DNA from: Phoronis australis
Taxonomy: Eukaryota; Animalia; Phoronida
DNA: 64,000 nucleotides
NCBI GenBank assembly: GCA_002633005.1
Contig: NMRA01000357.1
Coordinates: forward strand, 196,894-260,893
Reading direction: 5' to 3'
Shown: positions 41,301 through 50,300 of the stretch, piece after piece
Numbering within the stretch: position 1 is the first letter of the stretch
Layout: each line of letters starts with the position of its first letter
Notes under the pieces: model-generated
Database searches by the model: none
What the model was told of the DNA's origin: nothing
Seen by the model: only the letters and a program-made list of their open reading frames with translations
Made by a program: the position numbers and the translations under genes

Positions 41301-44300
41301 ACCGACCTACCGATATTCAAATGAAATATTTAAACCACTTAAGTTTAAATCTAATTACAACTGGCTAAATTTAACTACGACTGACATTATAATCATCACG
41401 AAATGCGTAGAATCTATGAGAAATTGATTCTTTAATCCTATAGTCTTTTTGTATCACCTCCGCACGTTTCGCATTGTATGCCATTCGCGAGACGCTTGCC
41501 CGGAGAAATTTTGGCTTATTCAATTGAGGTAACTTCCATATTTGCGTCTTTCTCACACAATTTAACATTTCAGCTTCGCCAACTATTTATCGGCGGCCAT
41601 TGTGTCGGTGTACACATACGCGAGTGAGGTCAAGAGTTAACACGCCAAACACTAGTCTTTCTCCTACGCAATTTTACGTGATCTCGCAAGAGACTAGAGC
41701 TATGAAGCACATCCCAGATATACAAAAGTAGTCACCCTTCTCAACAGAATTGTTTCTGGCCTTATGGTTTATTGTTACTTTGAAAGGTACACGCTCAATA
41801 CAAAAGCTGCAGCCAAAATGGCGCCCCCTACTGCAACTGCGCTGTTGGAATCCTCGCGGCAGGTGACATCATTACGTTTGACAAGTGTGGACGCGGCGTG
41901 ATTGACATCAGTTCGTGGCGGTCGTCTAACAGGCTGCGTGTCGCTGTGCGTGGCTCGTGCAACAAACTGCGAGGAACCCGAATCCTTCAGGAAAATGGTG
42001 GAAAACGATATAAGGTATGCAAAGCCGCTGACAATTTCCTTTGTATATTCGTATGCAGTTTTGTTGGTCCAACAAAACCTTATGTACATGTAGGTCTAAC
42101 TGAGATAAAATAATCACCTTTATTACTAAGGGACAAATTCCTTAAATAGTTATTAGTTATCAATAATTGACCCATTAAACTATAGGTTTTTGAAATCATT
42201 GAGGACAGTAACAAAATATTACTACAGTGAATGCACACAAAATGATGCTCAAGTGTTCATTATCTGACTGACTTTTTTCAAGAAACTCTCTTGACGGAAT
42301 CGCATTGTTACTGTAATGACATCAACGTGGAGAAGGGCTTCAACGAATTTTTCGTCATATACGTAAATCATGCAATGATGCTCGTAAAATTTTGCTAGAT
42401 CCTGGTTTTGTGAGTATTTATACATGTACTCGATAGCTTCCATCGGACATCTCAAGTTCCGTATTACCTTTCTAGGGTGCAAAAGGCGTTCGGTTGTAAT
42501 TTTAGCATAATCATACCTCATGATATTCTATGTGAATTCATGAGATCTTCGAAAACTCGGCAAATAAAACACGACTGAACCGTTTTTAAAGAAATTCGAA
42601 AATGTGCCATTCAACAGTGTGAGGCGTGTATTGACCTCTATTCATGCAAAGACGATGCCGAGTTTGATTATTCCAAAGATCGGACATACCAGTAGACCCC
42701 TGATGAACGTTTCCCGTTTTAAGAAAAACATTCTTGCACTTGCCATTTTCCCTCGAGCTGGCGTGAGGATCTACAACTCGAAATCGGCTAGATGTGCTGT
42801 GTATGTTTGCACCAATTGTGAGTCTTAAGTGTACGAAATTAACGTGCCTTTGTCCCTTAGGTCCAACTACACACTGGTACTTCCGTTATTATCGAAGACT
42901 CTTGGAGCTCCTTCATAAATTTATACGTTGAAGCCTCTCTTAGAGATTGGGAACTGACGGAGGGACTCTGCGGACGTTATGATAATGACTTTTCAAACGA
43001 CCTAATTCCAAAAGGATCTCATAGCCTGCCGTTGAGTTATGGACGTGGACGGTACGGGAACCCTATGCACCCAAACGAGTTTACGGAGAGCTGGAGGTGA
43101 ATATTGAAGTTAAATTGAAATTCTTATTCGAATGACACAATGTAGTGGATTGTTAATCAACGAAAAAACGAAAAAGCACTTGCACTCCTGAACGCATCTT
43201 GGCCAAACGGGTTGACCAATCATTCCAAAACTCTGTTGCTTATTGGAGTTTTTAGGTTATAATCAAAAAGATTTGTTTGACTGATATAATTTGAAGTGTG
43301 AAACCATGAGTCTGTTTCACGCAAAGTGACTGAAGATATACGTCAGAAATGTGGTCATTTAATCTCACTTCAGCAAAATCTATGCCAACATATCCAAAGC
43401 TGCAGGATATTTAAATAATTTGTGAAATTTTTTAAAGATGTGAGAAAGTAACAATGACACAGAAAAAAAAAGAAATAACGACGGGGGAGAGTATTGAGTG
43501 ATTTTTGATGAAACAGGCCCGAAATGTGTACATGGTCCAGTCTCAGTAAGAAGTAAGTAAAAGCATGAACGTTTTGAGACATTCATGAGGTAAAAAAAAT
43601 ACAGAAAATACTGGAAATTGTTTACTTGAATTAGCAACGTTGCGTCCGTCCATTACGGATTTCAGCTAGGCTAGTGTAACTATCGTTCTGTCCAATATGA
43701 AGCGTTTTGACAAAACGACAAGGCATCGAGGTCAAGACACTATCCCATGTGTGTGGCAGCGGGAACCTTAATCCAGCTTGTTTATTCAGAGTGGGGCGCG
43801 CGATGTACGCGTGGAGAGCTTCTATGACATCGCTTCTTAGCCAATCTTCCTCACAGTCTAGGATAGTGACATCGTCAGAGTTTGACCCTAACATCAAGTT
43901 CACCGAGGAACCATGCAGAGACAGAAAGAAGCTACCTTTTTTAGACTGTTTAGTCTCCGTCAAACAGGACAGATCGTTTGACACGAAAGTACCGTAAGAG
44001 TACTCAACGTGATCACTATCTGCAATTTGACTTAAAAATGCTCTCATCCACAAGCTGGCTGGGTGTGATACGCGCTTTGAACCACAGAACCAACACCGTC
44101 ATGGGTAATCCCTCGGACATACCCGAGGAACTGAATTACAACAAGGAGGACCTCAGCAAATGCAGTGACCTGCTTTGGTCGTTTACCAAAGCGGAAAGAT
44201 CAGAGAGGAGAAGGGTCGACACACAGACGACCAGCGCTGGGGATAGCCCTAATTGTGTGGTGATTACCTACGTTCAGGGACTGTCAAAACACCTGAAGAG

Positions 44301-47300
44301 GACATTTTTACTGTTTGAGATTTCTACCACGCACAAACCATCTGATTATGTCCGCAGCCAACTGGTTAATGTCAAGTACAATGCTACTAAACGTAATAAA
44401 TCATGGGTAGTCTATGGTTTTCAATGAAAGGACCCCAGTGCTCAGACAGCAATGTAGGTGAAACGAAACTGTCGTTTAAGTGCCTATGTCACAACGTCGT
44501 CACCCTAGTTACGGGACACACATAACTCGGCTGTTTTTAATCACTTTTGCGCCACCGGACAAGATTTTAATACTGATGACGTGACTATCCTAGACCATGG
44601 GGAAGGTTGTTTCAGAAGGGATGCGAAAGAAACTCTCCACGAGCGCATTGAGCGCCCCTCTGTACTGAAATAAAGAAGGTGGATTAAAGGCGAAGGCAAC
44701 CTTTTCAGTGTCATTTTAGTAAAAATAAGTTTCGTCGATTATTTCAGACATATTTTTCAGTTAACTACAACTTCTCGTAATATATTTCATTACTCGTCCC
44801 CTACTCCGGAAGTGACGTTTAGGAAGTCAAGAATTACGCGCCAATTTGGTTCTGCGTTCGAGTTTACCGTGGAGATCTGTACTACTGTTGTTTTTGTACC
44901 GTTTTTCTAAAATTGTCGTCACTACTTCCCATTTATGAATAGTCTACGAGAAGCTAGATTGTTAGAGAACTCAATTACTTTAGGGATTGTTTAGTTTGTA
45001 GTAACCTGAAAATGGCTGAAGTCAGCGGCCCATATCACAGTGACCGTAATGACGTGACATGGGCTGCGCAGCGCGGAAAAAGTGGGGAGAGGGCTATAGC
45101 CCCCACCCCCTGTGGTGTGCCGCCCGTGCGTGAGTGACGGAGACATTATCCATACCAGTGGTGACGAGGAATTTTTTTACGGACAATCAGTGGGCGGGTA
45201 TATGATTGAGCCCGAGTACAATGTGGCGGATTATGCACAAGCACAGGCAGCTGTTGAGAGGAATACGGCAGAGACGGGGGACAGGCGTGGTGGTACGTCT
45301 TGGTGCAAATGCACGGTGTGCACTGTTATGCCAACCTCAAAGGAATGGCTAAGCTGTTCTCACTTGACGGTGACCTGAGCATCCTAACTGCTTTCATTTC
45401 GATATGTGACTCCCTCGCCACACGTACGGACACCTGGCGCCTTCTAAATAGCGCCAATGCTTTAGACAAGTCCACACAAAACTTGGCTCACCGGCCTGTT
45501 CACTGGACGACGAACTGTTCTCATCACGGGCTGTCGAACTGGGCCTGTATTCACTCCGACTACTCGACATTACTGCAGGGCTGCTTTCAGGCTCTGGGTT
45601 AGACACAACAACACAGGGAGAATCACTGCTATTTAACCTGAATTGCGCGCTCTGGGGAACGTTTGGAGGCAGGGTGACAGTAGATGAAGTGGCGCCAGTC
45701 ATTGAAGTGGCCACAGCTCGCAAAGCTTTTCGCTTCTGATGGGGCACTGCTGGGAATCAACAGCGACGGTATGGCACTCTTCTTCAAGGGTTGTTTTGTA
45801 GGGACCTTCCTCAATTCGGCGTACATATATCAATCGTAATCCGACGGAAGAAAATTCTTCCCACACACTCGGTAATTCTCCCCTGCTTTGTACGTTGCAT
45901 GGACGAGTAACGCTGCGTTCTTTTCACGAACGAGCCTAGTACGGCGAAGTGTGTCATCTTTCGGAAAGCGAAGTAATGGTACACCCAGTCTGCGGGTGAG
46001 ACGATAATGAGTAAACAAAAGCAAACGCCGACCGAACTTATCCCAACTGAGATAAAACAATTACTGACTCGACAGCTCACAAAGTCAGACTACATGAAAA
46101 GAAATGGCGCGAAATTGTTGACTCCCAAAACGTCACTTCCGGAGTAGGGAACGAGAACGTATTTAAATTACAAAAAGCTGTAATTAACTGAAAAACATAT
46201 CTGGAATAATAAACGAGCCATATTTTTACTGAAAATGGCATGAAAAAGGTTGCCTTTGCCTTTAAGGTTTCAACTGTCACGCATATGGGATAGTTTCCTG
46301 ACCTCGATGCTGTGTCGGGCAGAACGATGGTAACACCACTGGCCAAGCTGAAGTCCGTGAGCGACGGACGCAACATGGCTAACTCAAGTGAGCAAATTCC
46401 AGTATTTAACTTGAGACTTTTTAATTCTTTAATTTAATACGAAGTAAGTGGTGATTACCCTGCATTGGTCATCTTCTAGGTGTTGCAAGGTTGGTTAAAT
46501 CGTGTGTATGTTTGGAAACGGTTGCAGATTGAAAAAGGAAGAAAGCATACTTCACTGGAATTCGAGTTCATTTAAACATGACAAGCGTCTGTTGGATTTC
46601 GGCGGTCACGTGTACTGCAACTGTGATGCAGAGGGGGTTCTCGACATCGTTGCAAAGTGCTCGATTGGAGGTGATGCCCCAAAGTGCAACCCAAGAGCAA
46701 ACCAACGGGATGTCTCGAGTAGTAGATTTGAGTCTTGCCGCAGGCGACGAGATACAAACGGGTTCGACCATTTAGACTTTCTAGATTACGAGGAAAGTGA
46801 CTACAACTTTGTCGCCCAACCACGCGCAGATGACGATTGGTCTTTCCCCACAACAACCAATGTAAGTAAGCAACTGTATATATGTACATGTGCCTCGATG
46901 TGACACCGTGGATAATTATGTGAAAAGTAATGTAAATGTATGAAATTTAAAGCTTTTATCCATGAACGATGGCCAATTATTTGGTTACACGAATTTTTGT
47001 TTCAGTCCCGTAGAAGACGCGCTGCGTTGACCACGTTCACTAACGAAACTGCTCAACAATACTGCCGTAATTACGTATTCAATACAGCCGCTGGCCAAAA
47101 ATGCACCGAGCTAAACATCGACACAGAAGTGCCGATAGCGGCATGTGTTCTGGATTTATTGGTATGTAATGACTTTCTTTATACTCTTAAATATGCAAGC
47201 GCTTTTAACAGTCTTATTCTACGGTGGTTATGAAAGAACATAAGCAATTGTTTCCTTACTCGACCGCCCGACTTAAAAGTCGTTCGCTCTACTTGTATCT

Positions 47301-50300
47301 TGGGCGCTCGAGTTATTTTATAAGACTAAACTTGAACATGGAAGCTGTCTAAAGGAATCTCTTATCCCCGACTCAGCCAAGTTGTAATATGCATTGACTT
47401 CGCTCAAAGACTCAATTACGTCGTGGAAGCGGCAGATGCAATTTATTCTTGTCAAGCTAGGGGTATACATACCAAAAATGCCAGAGTGTACCGGTACGCA
47501 AATAGAGACGTGAACACCAGCATGTCACAAGCGATAAAAGCACGCAATAATCGAGGAAATTCAAACCAGTCATACTTAGAAACAACGTGGGTGCACCTGT
47601 TACCTCGATACCTGTTAGTCCACTGCGTGACGTCCATTGGTTAAGAATAAATAAATTCTTATGTCCTGTTCAAGCCACCGTGATATCTTTGTAATGTGAC
47701 AATAAAAAGTGTCTGCTACTATAATAAGTAATTGTTGGAGTTTGTAAAGAGTTGTTACAATTCGTTTACAACAAAAGTTATCAAACTTTAGCGTTAAGTA
47801 AATTTATCCCGATGATGTTTTCAAAATTCATAGGAATATACTTTGTGTACATGAATTTTTAATTCACCTACATTTAGGCTACCAACGATCCTAATTGGGC
47901 ATCTGCTGCATTGGACGCTGTCAAACAACAATGCATGTCGGAGCTAGATAAAAACACCACACGCTGGGTCCCGAAAAATCCAGAATCAAACGTCACGGTT
48001 CCACCGCCGGATATAGAGGGCGTTATCTGCTTCAACGAATGCAATGAAAATGGCGTATGCATAAATGGTAGGTTTTTGACAAGACTTATCTGTAGGTGCA
48101 CACACGACTGGCAAAACTCTTCATGAGATGAAAGTATATAGTCGAACATAGTACATTAGAGTGAAACGGAAAAAATGACCAATCACGTGAGGCATATATG
48201 ACATCTTCCAAAATTAATCTGCCCCTAAGGGATTGTTCTAAAATCCCCTCTACCCACGACAACCTCGACCCCCAGCCCCCACGACCTGCAACCCCCTCGA
48301 CCCACCACCTGCCTGTGGCAATATTACTTCGCTGAATGACTTTCCCATGAGACTTACCTATACCCGAATCTGCTCTGGGTCAAGTCTGGTGGTTAAAAAA
48401 AAACAAAAAAAAAACAGAAAGTGGCATGAGAACATGATCTGAAATAGCGAATTGTGAGCGTGCTATCATTGTTACAGAAATGTTTCACGAGCAGCAATCA
48501 AAGGCCCAGTTATAATAAACTTATTTAAAGAGTACGTTAACGTAACAATGATGGATTATATTGTGTACCACGGAGATACTTCTTAGTTAAAAGTTTGTTG
48601 TTTTCAAACTGTATTTACTGAATGAATTACATATTCGTCGGTTTCTCGCACTCTCCTAAAAGTTTGAATCTGAAGCGCAGAAGAGACGACCACAGTTTAG
48701 TGGGAACGAACATTTGTAACGCTGGTAGGTCTTTGACTTTATTTGGTAGCGTTGTTTTTTCTTCTATTTTTGGCCTTCAAACTTGCCGAATCGACTCCCT
48801 TAATTGAAAAAAAAAACAAAAAATAACCAGGGAAAGGCCAGCCGAGCTCTTGGCCCGACTCGTTGATCTTGCAAGTCAGCGCTTGTTCTGTGTTCAGATC
48901 GTGTCAAACTTGTGCAGCATGGGTCGAGGGGTTGTGGCCGTGGGTCGAGGGTGTCGTGGGAGTCGTGGATCATGGGTCACGATGTTCGTGGGCTGTGGGG
49001 GTCGGGTGGGGGTTAGAACAATCCGCCTGTAGGTCTACTGGTTATATTTTTGTTCACATAGAATTGACGCTGCTCAAAACATCATTTACTAAATATTCAG
49101 GTTCGTGTGTCTGCGACGAAGACTTCGCAGGGCCTGATTGTTCCATAAATATGACAGCCGCACCGCTACTCTTCTACAGTCCAATGTGTGACCTGAAGTC
49201 GAGACCGTGCAAATCAAATCCCGTTATTGGAAACAATTTCTTGGAGAACGACAAGCTCACGTGCCATTTTTACCAGCAGAAGGTGATAATTCTAAGCAAG
49301 TGCTTTGAAATGGCTTTTAAACTTCACCTATCCTTCACGTAGGCTGTAATGCTCTTTTCTGTCACCTCTATTGCCCCGACCGATTCTATCGAACTCCTTT
49401 TCATTCTCGCTGTCGCTTCTTTTAGAGCTGCTGATGATGTGTGGTTCCCATACTGAGACTGATATTGCTTCCATTGAAATCAAATTACTTACGCCCATGC
49501 GCACTTAAAAGGTCTTTCCGAACGATGAAAAGGGTATCAAAATTCAGAGGGTTGTAAAACACAAAAAAAGCAAAGTGTACCAACAGGTTAAATCCCGATT
49601 GTAATACTGTTACTCCAAATAAGAGAGTCCTCTTGATAAAAATCATCATTGGGTCTTCTTTGAATAATCCGTAGTTTTACTTCACTTACAGATTGGCCCT
49701 AGTGGTTTGACGCCGCTCCACAACATAGGACTAAATAAAAGTGCTGCGTTTGAAAATTACGCGGAAGTCACTTGCCCACTACCGGAAGATGGGCAGGTAA
49801 TGTCAGATGACCCAGTTGCACCAATAGCGTACAAAGTGCACGTGAGCAATGACGGGATGCGACAGAGCAGATACGGCGTGCTGATCGTGTTCAACTCGGT
49901 TTGCTTCTCATGTGACATCAACAACACGACCTGCACAGAAAATGTGAGTAACACATATCATTTGCTTCTGTGAGATCTAAAATTACAGGCGTGAATGTAA
50001 TCGATTCAATTAAGCACGGTGCTCCATCGCCAGATATCTGTAACGTTGTTGATCCGCGAAGTGACGCTTAGCGCCATGACATATGCTCTCTCTATCCAGT
50101 CATAAGAGCGCCTGATAGTTAAAGGCCACGAACATCGGAAATGGTCAACATTTTCAATACATGTAAATGTTGTAAAATGATTTGCGCTTATGGCCGTTGT
50201 AAGCGCCATTTTGTGTTTCTTATCCCTTATGAAGACCAAACGTATGACAACGTACATGTATAAAACTACGGTGCCGTAATGTTGCCAAAGAAAGATTTAG

